Assembly: GCA_050261115.1 (NCBI GenBank)
Contig: JBLNCY010000004.1
Coordinates: 1-36,367 of the forward strand
Direction of reading: 5' to 3'
DNA from: Methanocella sp.
GTDB lineage: Archaea > Thermoproteota > Bathyarchaeia > Bathyarchaeales > Bathycorpusculaceae
DNA length: 36,367 nucleotides
Position 1 is the first letter of the stretch. Each line of letters starts with the position of its first letter. The notes under the pieces were generated by a model. That model was not told the origin of the DNA. It ran no database searches and saw only the letters and a list, made by a program, of their open reading frames with translations. Of this stretch, positions 1 through 8,710 are shown in pieces. A program made the position numbers and the translations under genes.

Positions 1-114
1 TTTTGCGAGGAGAGAACCCACGGGGTTCGTGACGCCGAGCAAAAATAAAGCGGTTTGCGAAGCGATGTGTGCGTCGTCGTCTGGAACGTGCGAGGCGAGC
101 GATAGCCGCCGAGC
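1..114 (+). repeat. GC-rich hairpin cluster with tandem GA mismatches (two related hairpins plus a GCGAAGC mini-hairpin)
   Basis: 1-44 folds as ttttgc-GA-gg...cc-GA-gcaaaa with an inner gaaccc/gggttc stem; GCGAAGC at 57-63; 90-114 folds as gc-GA-gg-cg...cg-cc-GA-gc. Confidence 0.55.
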
Positions 115-121
115 CAAAAAA

Positions 122-835
122 CTACTTCCTTACTCTTTTTCCAGTTATCTTCCTCTTTCGATATAATTCACGATCACTTCTTAATGCATCTGTCAATAAC
201 TCAATTTTTTCAAAAAGTGTCTTTCTATAGTTATCATTATATCGACATTTTTCCATTGCCCTTTCTATCGAGAGTCTATAGATAGGTCTTACAACGTATT
301 TCCAAAATGACTCATCATCCTCGTCTCCATCCTTTAACTGTAAACCGTTATCTATAGAAGCTCTTGCTTCCCACAGGTTCAATGCCATAATATCATGTAA
401 ATCTCGATCGGTTTCAAAATCTACCTCGTCATCAGAAAGATTACCATAAAACTCCTCTGACGTCATTGGTATTTCCCTCAATTCAGGAGGTAAACAGGCA
501 CTTTTTCCAAGCTCAAGATATTCCAAAATTGCCTCCTTTGGCGTTATCATGATACTTCGACACTTATCACTTAACGCATAACTTACTTCCTGAAAGCCAG
601 TTTCAACGCGCTTAACTAAATTCTTTTCTTCCAAATGTTTTAGGTGTTTTGATAAGACCTTATTGGTTATCTCAGTGCCAGTCAATTTAGTGACTGAATT
701 CTTTAAATGACCGAATCTGAGACTTTTATCCTCTAATAGAATTCTAAAAATGCTATTGCATGTGTGGTCGAGAAATTCCGCTGCGTCAAATAATGCCTCT
801 CTTTCTGCATCATCCACTGATTTTGTATCAACCAT
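122..835 (-). CDS. HxlR-like winged helix-turn-helix transcriptional regulator with C-terminal extension
   Basis: LRFGHLKNSV...ITNKVLSKHLKHLEEKNLVKR...VSYALSDK matches the HxlR wHTH pattern. Confidence 0.75.
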   Translation of the reverse strand: MVDTKSVDDAEREALFDAAEFLDHTCNSIFRILLEDKSLRFGHLKNSVTKLTGTEITNKVLSKHLKHLEEKNLVKRVETGFQEVSYALSDKCRSIMITPKEAILEYLELGKSACLPPELREIPMTSEEFYGNLSDDEVDFETDRDLHDIMALNLWEARASIDNGLQLKDGDEDDESFWKYVVRPIYRLSIERAMEKCRYNDNYRKTLFEKIELLTDALRSDRELYRKRKITGKRVRK

Positions 836-853
836 CAGGAATATCCTCTGAAT

Positions 854-875
854 TGGGTACCAGACTGGGTACCAG
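854..875. promoter_or_regulatory. tandem TGGGTACCAG repeat, putative operator between divergent genes
   Basis: exact 10-mer at 854-863 and 866-875, each with a GGTACC palindromic core, next to a TATA-like cttaatat (878-885). Confidence 0.5.
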
Positions 876-924
876 CCCTTAATATGCTATTTCTGAGCCT
901 TAAAACTCCACTGGAGAATTAACG

Positions 925-1152
925 ATGAAAACCCAACCAGAACCAAATCATATGGACATAGAAGAAACGGATATAGACTTTGACAAGCTATGTCGAGTAG
1001 GCAAAAAAGTTCAACTGTTCTTATTCAAGAAAATCGATAACCCTATTGGAATCTACTTACTTCTAAAAATACTCTGTTTTTCCTTTGAGGAAACCTGTGG
1101 ATATCGTTTGGACCCTAATGAAGAGCAAAAAATCAAACAAATGTTTAGCTAA
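925..1152 (+). CDS. small hypothetical protein of the integrated element
   Basis: 75-aa ORF with ggag SD upstream, co-oriented with the integrase. Confidence 0.55.
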   Translation: MKTQPEPNHMDIEETDIDFDKLCRVGKKVQLFLFKKIDNPIGIYLLLKILCFSFEETCGYRLDPNEEQKIKQMFS

Positions 1153-1178
1153 TCGCTAACTTTACGAGGTTTCTGGAG

Positions 1179-2348
1179 TTGACTACTCAAATTAAAATGA
1201 GTGGAGGTGAAAAGGCAAGTAGAGAATGTCCTAATTGTAAAAGCACAAAAAATTGGAAAGATGGTGTAAGGGAGACAGGTCTTGGTTCCATTCAAAGATT
1301 CATCTGTCGAGAATGTGGTTTTCGTTTCAGCACCAATCCTAAAGCCTTAAATCTAGACATTGTCACTAATGGATTTAGCCAATTATGCGCTGAACTAGGG
1401 GCGAAAAAATTGGATACTGCAACAGAAACTAAGACTGTTGCGGGAGAATCAACCGCTATCAAATCAAGCTCTGAAGCTACAATACTGGAATTTCTATGGT
1501 ACATGAAAAAACAAGGCTACAAAGAAACAACCATCATAAGCAGAGGCGTAAGACTTCGTAGACTTATGGCTCTTGGTGCTGACTTAAGCAACCCTGAAAG
1601 TATCAAAGAAACAATCGCAAAACAAGATAAATGGAAAGACTCAATGAAGGAAGTCGCAGTTTTTGCCTATGACCTATACGCGAAGTGGGCAGGACTAAAA
1701 TGGCAACGTCCAAGATACAAAGCTATAAGACAACTACCATTCATACCGCAAGAAAGAGAAATCGACGATGTTATCGCTGGATGCAACAAAGAAATCGCAT
1801 TGTTCCTACAAATCGGCAAAGATACAGGTGCAAGAGCTGGTGAAATCTTTAGGCTACAATGGACAGACATAGACTTTGAAGGCAGAACTATAAGTCTAAT
1901 TGCTGAAAAAGGAAGCAACCCACGAATCTTTAGACTAACAAATAAGCTCTTGAACATGCTAAGTGCAACATCGAAAGAGAACCAAAGAATATTCAACATC
2001 TACCTAAATCTAAACAACCTAAGAAGAACATTCGAAAGACAGAGAAATAGAACCGCCAAAAGATTATGCAATCCTCGCCTACATAAAATAACATTCCATA
2101 CACTAAGACATTGGAAAGGCTCAACTGAGTACCATAGAACCAAAGATATCCTCCATGTAATGCAAGTGCTAGGTCACAAGAACATCAAAAACACACTGTT
2201 ATACACGCAACTTATGAATGTAGAAAAAGACGATTCATTCATTTGCAAAGTTGCAAAGACACCACAAGAAGTCATTGAAGCTATTGAAGCTGGCTTTAAC
2301 TTTGTTTGTGAGATGGATGGTGCCAAATTCTTCAGAAAGGCAAAATAA
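1179..2348 (+). CDS. tyrosine recombinase/integrase with N-terminal Zn ribbon
   Basis: catalytic motifs TGARAGE (R), EKG (K), FHTLRH (HxxR), LGH, LLYTQ (Y); N-terminal CPNC...CREC. Confidence 0.92.
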   Translation: MTTQIKMSGGEKASRECPNCKSTKNWKDGVRETGLGSIQRFICRECGFRFSTNPKALNLDIVTNGFSQLCAELGAKKLDTATETKTVAGESTAIKSSSEATILEFLWYMKKQGYKETTIISRGVRLRRLMALGADLSNPESIKETIAKQDKWKDSMKEVAVFAYDLYAKWAGLKWQRPRYKAIRQLPFIPQEREIDDVIAGCNKEIALFLQIGKDTGARAGEIFRLQWTDIDFEGRTISLIAEKGSNPRIFRLTNKLLNMLSATSKENQRIFNIYLNLNNLRRTFERQRNRTAKRLCNPRLHKITFHTLRHWKGSTEYHRTKDILHVMQVLGHKNIKNTLLYTQLMNVEKDDSFICKVAKTPQEVIEAIEAGFNFVCEMDGAKFFRKAK

Positions 2349-2391
2349 CGGAATCACCCGCTTGTCGCAGGTTTATTCCAAGTTAATGTTA

Positions 2392-2468
2392 TGGTGCCGA
2401 GGGCAGGGTTTGAACATGCGACAACTCGGTCTTCAGCCGAGCGCTCTCCCAGGCTGAGCTACCTCGGC
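2392..2468 (-). tRNA. tRNA-Phe (GAA), CCA encoded, one T-stem mismatch
   Basis: reverse complement gccgaggtagctcagcctgggagagcgctcggctGAAgaccgagttgtcgcatgttcaaaccctgccctcggcacca folds as a cloverleaf. Confidence 0.93.
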
Positions 2469-2763
2469 ACAGTATACCTGGGTTTGCGCCTCATTTTTTT
2501 AGAGGCTATTTAGTCTGTGTCACGGCTGCTTATTTACGTTTTTGTATCTAAACAGTGAAGTATTTGACTAAACAACCGGTTGACTGGTTTCTAACAAGTT
2601 AGGTGGGTTATATGCCAAATATGGCGGCAGCGTTAACTAGTAATAGCCGGCTATTGCTCCAGCTAGGAAGCAGAGAAAAAGCCATAACCCGTCATAGTTA
2701 CTTTCTTGGAAGTCAAGTCTCAACATTTTAGTTTTACACCTACCCCATTTTTGACGTAAGATA

Positions 2764-2780
2764 GGGAAAGGCTTTATGAA
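2764..2780 (+). promoter_or_regulatory. BRE/TATA promoter of tRNA-Val
   Basis: purine-rich gggaaagg followed by tttatgaa about 30 nt upstream of the mature tRNA 5' end. Confidence 0.5.
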
Positions 2781-2809
2781 TGACTGCTATGTATTTTGAA
2801 TCCAAGCAT

Positions 2810-2886
2810 GGGCCGTTAGTCTAGCTGGCTAGGACGTCGCCCTCACGCGGCGAAGATCACCGGTTCAAATCCGGTACGGCCCACCA
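2810..2886 (+). tRNA. tRNA-Val (CAC), CCA encoded
   Basis: gggccgt/acggccc acceptor stem, tcgcc-ctCACgc-ggcga anticodon arm, accgg-ttcaaat-ccggt T arm. Confidence 0.96.
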
Positions 2887-2930
2887 ATCTTATAACCAAC
2901 TATTGCGTTGGTATGTATTAGGCGATTTTT

Positions 2931-3233
2931 ATGCATCACAAAAAACTGTTTGCTTTAGCGGGTGTTTTTTTAGCTGTTGCTCTGTTTACGCCTCCAATTG
3001 TTCTGTATCTTCAGGGGGTTACTGAGGAAGCGATTTTTCAGGAGCGTTTGGCGCATGAAACTGCGGGGAATTTTTCTTTTCTTGAGAAGATTCAGCAGAG
3101 TAGGCAGAATTCTTTGGTTTTGGTTACGGTAGTTGAGGTGGTTTTTGTTTCGCTTTTTGTGGTTGCTATGTATTATGGGATTAATCATCTTGCTATGACT
3201 GGCGGTAAAATTAGGCCCGGCATGGATGATTAG
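2931..3233 (+). CDS. small membrane protein (two hydrophobic segments)
   Basis: 100-aa ORF with N- and C-terminal hydrophobic stretches. Confidence 0.6.
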   Translation: MHHKKLFALAGVFLAVALFTPPIVLYLQGVTEEAIFQERLAHETAGNFSFLEKIQQSRQNSLVLVTVVEVVFVSLFVVAMYYGINHLAMTGGKIRPGMDD

Positions 3234-3345
3234 CGGCGGCTTGCTTGGTTTAATTAAGTATTGCAGGTGTAGTGTTACAGTCACATATTCTTTTTAAGCA
3301 ATTAGTTATTTGTGCTATTGGTAGCTTGCTATTGGGAGGTGTAGT

Positions 3346-3549
3346 TTGATGCCTGAATCATCCGTTAACATAACTGAGAAATTGGCCAAAATCGGTGAAA
3401 CTGCCCAGGAGTATAAAGACGCGATTGTTAGCCAGTTTAAGGATATGGAAGTTGAAGTGAAGGATTGGAATTTCTCGGTTGGGAAATCCGATAAGGAGTA
3501 TACTGTGGAGGTTAACCTCAAGCTGGGAATACGCTCAAAGAAGTCCTAA
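3346..3549 (+). CDS. small hypothetical protein
   Basis: strong ggaggtg SD directly upstream; protein-like composition. Confidence 0.65.
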   Translation: MMPESSVNITEKLAKIGETAQEYKDAIVSQFKDMEVEVKDWNFSVGKSDKEYTVEVNLKLGIRSKKS

Positions 3550-3627
3550 GCAGATTGTGGCACCAAAACAGATAAAAACTTGGCGTGCTATCCATCACAG
3601 CGGAACATTAATTGAGGAACAAACAAA

Positions 3628-3831
3628 ATGCCATCTGAGATCACCGATGTTGAGAAATTCGTGGCCATGAGCGCCAAAGCAAAACAGTGCCAAGTTAAAC
3701 GCTTAAAGGACGGCGTAAAATTGAAGCTTCGAATGCCAAGTCAACTCTATACCCTCAAAATCGAGGCTATACGAGCGGATGAAATCATAAAGAAGCTGCA
3801 ATGTGAAATTAAAGAGGAAGAGAAGGACTAA
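3628..3831 (+). CDS. rpl38e: 50S ribosomal protein L38e (eL38)
   Basis: MPSEITDVEKF...VKLKLRMPSQLYTLKI matches the eL38 pattern (MPxEI.D...F, K.K.R....LYTL). Confidence 0.8.
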   Translation: MPSEITDVEKFVAMSAKAKQCQVKRLKDGVKLKLRMPSQLYTLKIEAIRADEIIKKLQCEIKEEEKD

Positions 3832-3996
3832 CTTCCTTTACTTTGTATCTTTCTTGTTAAAATCTACATTCACGTTCTAGGGCCGTTTTGGGTTCTTTTG
3901 GTTTTGTGGGCTGGTTGTGCTCTCGCGGAGGAATCGCTCCCTTACGTATAGAGTCAACTTCGGGTTCAACTTGGGCTTGAAAAATCCATAGCTGGG

Positions 3997-4488
3997 CTAA
4001 ACTGTGGTTCCTTCTTCGTTGGTGAGGCTGTTGCTTTGCATATATCCAAGCAAGCTCGCCTGGTTCCTAATTGCCATCTCAAGCAGTAACCACTTCTCCG
4101 TTTTCTCCAACTCATCTAACTGTGCTGTTATTGCCAGAACTTGCTGCATTAAATTCATGCGTTCATGTAGGACGTCGTCGTTTTGGCTGCGGTAGACTTT
4201 GAGGGCTTCTTTATATTTCTGTATAGCCGCGGTTTCTGCTTTTTCTCTGGCTTGCCTGCCTCCCTTTGCGTCTGTACTGCTTGGAGTATATACCGGCAAA
4301 GCGTTGAGTCTGTCGCGTTCATTGAGTGCTTGCTGGGCTAGGGCTATTTGTGCTAGTTTCTGTGTTAGCGTTGTTTTTTGTTGCTGGATTTGTGTGTACT
4401 GCAGCCTCTGGGATTCTGATGCTCTCTTAAGTGCCTCCTTTAGAAGCTTAGCCTGGTACTCCTCACCGCTAACCATCAGATCTGCCAC
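3997..4488 (-). CDS. hypothetical helical/coiled-coil protein
   Basis: 163-aa Q/E/K/L-rich ORF. Confidence 0.55.
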   Translation of the reverse strand: MADLMVSGEEYQAKLLKEALKRASESQRLQYTQIQQQKTTLTQKLAQIALAQQALNERDRLNALPVYTPSSTDAKGGRQAREKAETAAIQKYKEALKVYRSQNDDVLHERMNLMQQVLAITAQLDELEKTEKWLLLEMAIRNQASLLGYMQSNSLTNEEGTTV

Positions 4489-4761
4489 CCAACAACTCTA
4501 ACAAGCAACCCATACCCATAAGGGTTGTTTTAAACTAACGTTTCTAATCCCAGCAATGCCCCATTTTTGGTTCTGCTTGCCAGTTAGAGCGCGCTTGAAG
4601 ATGGTTTGGTTAAGCAGGGCGATATTTATAATTGGCTTGGTGGGTTGCTTGTCTACTTGCATGCCTGTTAGATTCATAATGGGGCTGTGGATGGAAATGT
4701 TGCCCTTTGACTACACCAAACCTATTAATGCCATCTTGGGCGTAATCAAAATGGTGTTTCT

Positions 4762-5910
4762 TTGCAATACCGACCCTTCGGCAAATTAGCTTGGAAGATT
4801 TCAGTGCTTGGCTTTGGGACAATGCGCCTCCCAAAAAACAGCGCCGACGAAGCAGACATAAACGAGCCACAAGCTATATCGCTTATACGGAGCGCAATCG
4901 ATCAGGGCATTAACTACATTGACTCGGCATACTATTATCATGATGGTCAAAGCGAAGTAGTTGTTGGTAAAGCATTAGCTGAAGGGTACCGAGACAAGGT
5001 TAAAATTGCCACAAAAATGCCCGTCTATGCAATCGAGAAAAAAGAGGATCTAGACGCAATCCTAGAAACTCAGCTTAGACGCCTAAAAACCGACCATATC
5101 GACTTCTATCTACTGCATGCACTCATGTCGTCTTCATGGAAAAAATCTCAGGAGCTAGATGTCCTTGACTGGGCAGAACGCCAAAAAGCTGAAGGCAAAA
5201 TCGGCCACTTAGGGTTCAGCTTCCATGACGAGTATGAAGTATTCAAGGAAATCATAGATGCCTACAAGGGCTGGGAGTTCTGCCAAATACAATACAACTA
5301 CCTCGACGAGCACTATCAAGCCGGAAGAGAGGGCCTACAATACGCCACGCAAAAAGGATTAGCGGTAATTGTGATGGAGCCTCTTGCAGGTGGTTTATTG
5401 GCTGTTAAGCCGCCGCCCGAAATTCAAAAGGAATGGGACAAAACAGGCGTTAAGCGTACGCCCCCCGATTGGGGGTTACAATGGGTTTGGAATCACCCCG
5501 AAGTTGCATGTGCTCTAAGCGGCATGAACACAATCGAGCAGTTGCAGGCAAACATAGAGAGCGCAAATAAATCCGGACCAAGCACGCTAACCTCCCAAGA
5601 GCTCTTGGCGCTTAGCAGATCGAGGGAACTGTTTCAGCAATGTGGCTACATAGGCTGCACCAAATGCCACTACTGCAATCACTGCCCACAAAGCATCGAC
5701 ATACCCCTAACCTTAGCCTTCCTCAACCGCTATGCAAGTAAACGACGTTACCCCAAAGTGCAGGAAAAGATTAAACAGCAATATGCCCAAGAGATAACAT
5801 CTGAGCGTAGGGCAAACAACTGCATTCATTGCGGTCAATGCGAGAACCTCTGTCCACAGCATCTGCCTGTACGTAAACTGCTAGCGGAAGCAGCAACAAG
5901 TCTACAATAG
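4762..5910 (+). CDS. aldo/keto reductase family oxidoreductase with C-terminal 4Fe-4S dicluster
   Basis: LGFGTMRLP, GINYIDSAYYY, IATKMP, YLLHAL, GFSFH; CTKCHYCNHCP and CIHCGQCENLCP. Confidence 0.9.
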   Translation: MQYRPFGKLAWKISVLGFGTMRLPKNSADEADINEPQAISLIRSAIDQGINYIDSAYYYHDGQSEVVVGKALAEGYRDKVKIATKMPVYAIEKKEDLDAILETQLRRLKTDHIDFYLLHALMSSSWKKSQELDVLDWAERQKAEGKIGHLGFSFHDEYEVFKEIIDAYKGWEFCQIQYNYLDEHYQAGREGLQYATQKGLAVIVMEPLAGGLLAVKPPPEIQKEWDKTGVKRTPPDWGLQWVWNHPEVACALSGMNTIEQLQANIESANKSGPSTLTSQELLALSRSRELFQQCGYIGCTKCHYCNHCPQSIDIPLTLAFLNRYASKRRYPKVQEKIKQQYAQEITSERRANNCIHCGQCENLCPQHLPVRKLLAEAATSLQ

Positions 5911-6079
5911 CGGGTACTTGTAGGCACATATGGGTTTCAACAACTCCTTATAGCAACGTTTTCAGTACCTTAGCGTGAGACTGCAATGTGAAATACGCAG
6001 CGAAACCATGCCGGTCCATCGCTGCAGTTGGCTTGTGTTAACTTTCAAGAAGTAAAGCTTCGTCCCTTGAGGAGTTCTA

Positions 6080-6829
6080 ATGATCGTTTATGTTCATCAA
6101 CCAGAATACCTACCTTGGTTAGGCTTTTTTGATAAACTGTCAAGATGCGAGGTCTACGTCATCTATGACGACGCCCAGTACCAGCATGGAGGTTTTCACA
6201 ATCGGAACCGAATCCGCACCCCCCAAGGATGGGAATGGCTCACAGTCCCTATAAAGCACGGCCACCCCCAAATCATAAAAAACGTCAAAATCGCCGGAGA
6301 CCAATGGAAAAACAAGCACTTAAGCAGCATAAAGCGGCACTACCAAAAAACACCCTACTTCCAAAAATACTACCCCCCAATCGAAGATGCCATCACATCT
6401 GACCATAGCATGCTAATAGACCTCAATCTGCAACTGATTAAAGTCTTCGCTGAAATCCTAGGCATAAACGTGAAGATGGTTCGATCCTCAGAATTCCCCT
6501 ATGGTGGGACAGAAAAAAACGAAAAGCTGGTTTCAATGTGCAAGTTCCTTGGCGCCGACACTTACCTTTCAGGATCAGGCGGAAGGAACTATGTAAAAGA
6601 AGAAATTTTTACTCAAGCAAAAATCAACCTGCAATGGCACAACTATGAGCATCCTACCTACAAGCAGTGTTTTGAGGGGTTTGAACCCAACATGTCAATC
6701 ATAGACTTACTATTCAACGAAGGCCCAAACGCCAAAAAGATACTACAGACGGGCGTAAAAATTGAAATTAAAGAAGCGAAAGCGGCACTTGAATATGCAG
6801 CGCCTTTGATTATAGATCAAGCAGGCTAA
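6080..6829 (+). CDS. WbqC-like family protein
   Basis: HQPEYLPWLGFFDK, NRNRI, WLTVP, YLSGSGGRNY, MSIIDLLFN. Confidence 0.9.
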   Translation: MIVYVHQPEYLPWLGFFDKLSRCEVYVIYDDAQYQHGGFHNRNRIRTPQGWEWLTVPIKHGHPQIIKNVKIAGDQWKNKHLSSIKRHYQKTPYFQKYYPPIEDAITSDHSMLIDLNLQLIKVFAEILGINVKMVRSSEFPYGGTEKNEKLVSMCKFLGADTYLSGSGGRNYVKEEIFTQAKINLQWHNYEHPTYKQCFEGFEPNMSIIDLLFNEGPNAKKILQTGVKIEIKEAKAALEYAAPLIIDQAG

Positions 6830-6861
6830 GCACGGCATTGCTGATTCATTTACCCCGGAGA

Positions 6862-7227
6862 TTAAGAGGCGAGAAGGGACAAGTCGGCTGGTGAAGCTGA
6901 CACCTCAGGTTTGGGTTCAGATGATTTCAGCGGTTCAGTCAATAAAGAACTCGAGGTATTAAAATCTAGGCGGAGCATTCGGTGTTTGCATTTGCTGTCC
7001 TTGCAGCCGTATAGTAGGATGTTTGGGTTGTTGTGGTTGGTCGTGAGAATTTCTGTTGTGGATTTGCAGTTTTCACATCGCAGAGCTCTCACTTGATCGT
7101 TTAGGACATAGCCTTTTACGAGTCGAACACTCCAGGATTTTTCTTTAATAGAATGAAACAAAATAGGGGCACCTAAAGAAAAAAACGAGTCACTAAAGCT
7201 GCTTTTTCCTGAAAAGTGCAGTCTCAT
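6862..7227 (-). CDS. hypothetical protein, possible Zn-binding (CENC...CKDSKC)
   Basis: ORF with Cys pairs; start uncertain. Confidence 0.35.
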   Translation of the reverse strand: MRLHFSGKSSFSDSFFSLGAPILFHSIKEKSWSVRLVKGYVLNDQVRALRCENCKSTTEILTTNHNNPNILLYGCKDSKCKHRMLRLDFNTSSSLLTEPLKSSEPKPEVSASPADLSLLAS

Positions 7228-7493
7228 GGTTACTTAAATGGGTTTGTTGTTGGGTCCTGATGGATACAGACAGTGCGAATGAAGTACATTAAGGATCTTA
7301 AACCAAATGTTGCCGATTGTAGAGGAAGCAAGGGATCAGGAGCCTGTTCCTTACTAAGCCCTTTTTAGTTTAATTGCGATGATGGCAAATAAAATCGAGA
7401 ACGACGACGTAAACTATCCGTCTTGCTTTCTCATTTTTGTGCAAAACCCTTAAACTTTAGCTTTCGGAGTTTTGCTGTTGGAGAATTGATTCT

Positions 7494-8147
7494 TTGGAAC
7501 GGTCAGCAATTATTCTCGCCGGTGGAATGTCAAGCGAATTTGACAGCGAAAAAGTCATCCCCGAATTAGAGGGAAAACCCCTAATCAGCTATGTAGTTGA
7601 AGCCGTACAGGATATAGCTGAACAGGTTATCGTGGTCACTGATTCACAGCAAGTCGCCGACACTTACGCCCAAATCGTACCCTACGCAGAGTTCATCGTT
7701 AACAAGAATCCAAACGCAGGCGTCTTAGGCGAAGCCTTGGCTGGGTTTGAAGCCGCACAGGGCGAGTACTCCCTTATTCTTCCCTCCGGCAGCCCCTTTG
7801 TTTCGCCTGAACTGATTTCTTTGCTTTACGAATTGTGCATTGGAAAATCCGCAGTGGTGCCCCGCTGGACCAACCAAGAATGCGAACCCTTACATGCAGT
7901 TTACAATACAAAAGCAGCGTTAGAGGCTGGCAGGGAGGTTTTAGCGGAGGGTAAAACGGATATGGTGTCGCTGGTAGAGACGCTCCGGGGGGTTCGTTAC
8001 CTGTCAACTATGGTTATCGAGCAGCTGGATCCTGATTTCAGGTCCTTCTTTACTGTGACTACGCCAGTTGCCCTCAAGAGGGCGATTGCTATGGCCAAGC
8101 CTAAACCGAAAGGGAAAGTTAAGACAAAAGTAAAAAAGTCAAAGTAG
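7494..8147 (+). CDS. mobA: MobA-like NTP transferase (molybdenum cofactor guanylyltransferase family), divergent
   Basis: AIILAGG, GKPLISYV, EPLHAVY and the C-terminal SFF motif; several consensus residues altered. Confidence 0.7.
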   Translation: MERSAIILAGGMSSEFDSEKVIPELEGKPLISYVVEAVQDIAEQVIVVTDSQQVADTYAQIVPYAEFIVNKNPNAGVLGEALAGFEAAQGEYSLILPSGSPFVSPELISLLYELCIGKSAVVPRWTNQECEPLHAVYNTKAALEAGREVLAEGKTDMVSLVETLRGVRYLSTMVIEQLDPDFRSFFTVTTPVALKRAIAMAKPKPKGKVKTKVKKSK

Positions 8148-8244
8148 CTACTCCTAACGCATTTTTCCTTTTTTGCAGGAAAGTTGTGGGGGGGAATCGC
8201 TTAACTTAAATTAAAAGTCGCCCATACCTTGTTAGGCGAACCTC

Positions 8245-8700
8245 ATGCGTTTGAAGCTTACCCTCCTTTGCGTATTAATAGTAGCTTTAGGCACTTTAAC
8301 CTGCGTCTCTGTTGATGCTGATCCAGCCTTAACCATAAGCCTGTACAAAAACAATGGCTACGGCTTTGGAGATGACATGAGCGGTCTATGGACCGTAAAC
8401 ACCAGTCCCCCCTCTGACACGCTAAAAGTAGACTTCTATCTTGACGATGAACTTCAAGAAGTGGATACTTCAGCGCCATTTAGTTGGCAATTTAATACAG
8501 GCGACTACCCCATAGGAGTCCACACAATAAAAGCAATTGCTTATGGTGCAGCCGGCGACAGCTACACAGCTGAGATACAGCGCAATTTTGTCGAAGACAA
8601 CACCAACACTGTGGTATTCATAACAATCGGTGTTGTAGTGGTGGTTTTTGCGGTTGCAACCGTGCTTGCAGTAATAAAAATTAGAAAATCAAAAAAGTAG
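8245..8700 (+). CDS. secreted Ig-like domain protein with C-terminal membrane anchor
   Basis: signal peptide; KVDFYLDD...SAPFSWQF...GVHTIKAIAY bacterial Ig-like pattern; terminal TM plus basic tail. Confidence 0.75.
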   Translation: MRLKLTLLCVLIVALGTLTCVSVDADPALTISLYKNNGYGFGDDMSGLWTVNTSPPSDTLKVDFYLDDELQEVDTSAPFSWQFNTGDYPIGVHTIKAIAYGAAGDSYTAEIQRNFVEDNTNTVVFITIGVVVVVFAVATVLAVIKIRKSKK

Positions 8701-8710
8701 AGCACAAAGC

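Larger units (their letters stand above)
1..2468. mobile_element. right end of an integrative element (provirus or integrated plasmid) inserted at tRNA-Phe; the left end lies outside the window
   Basis: the integrase ends 43 bp from the 3' end of a tRNA; divergent regulator; visibly AT-richer sequence than the downstream genes. Confidence 0.7.
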
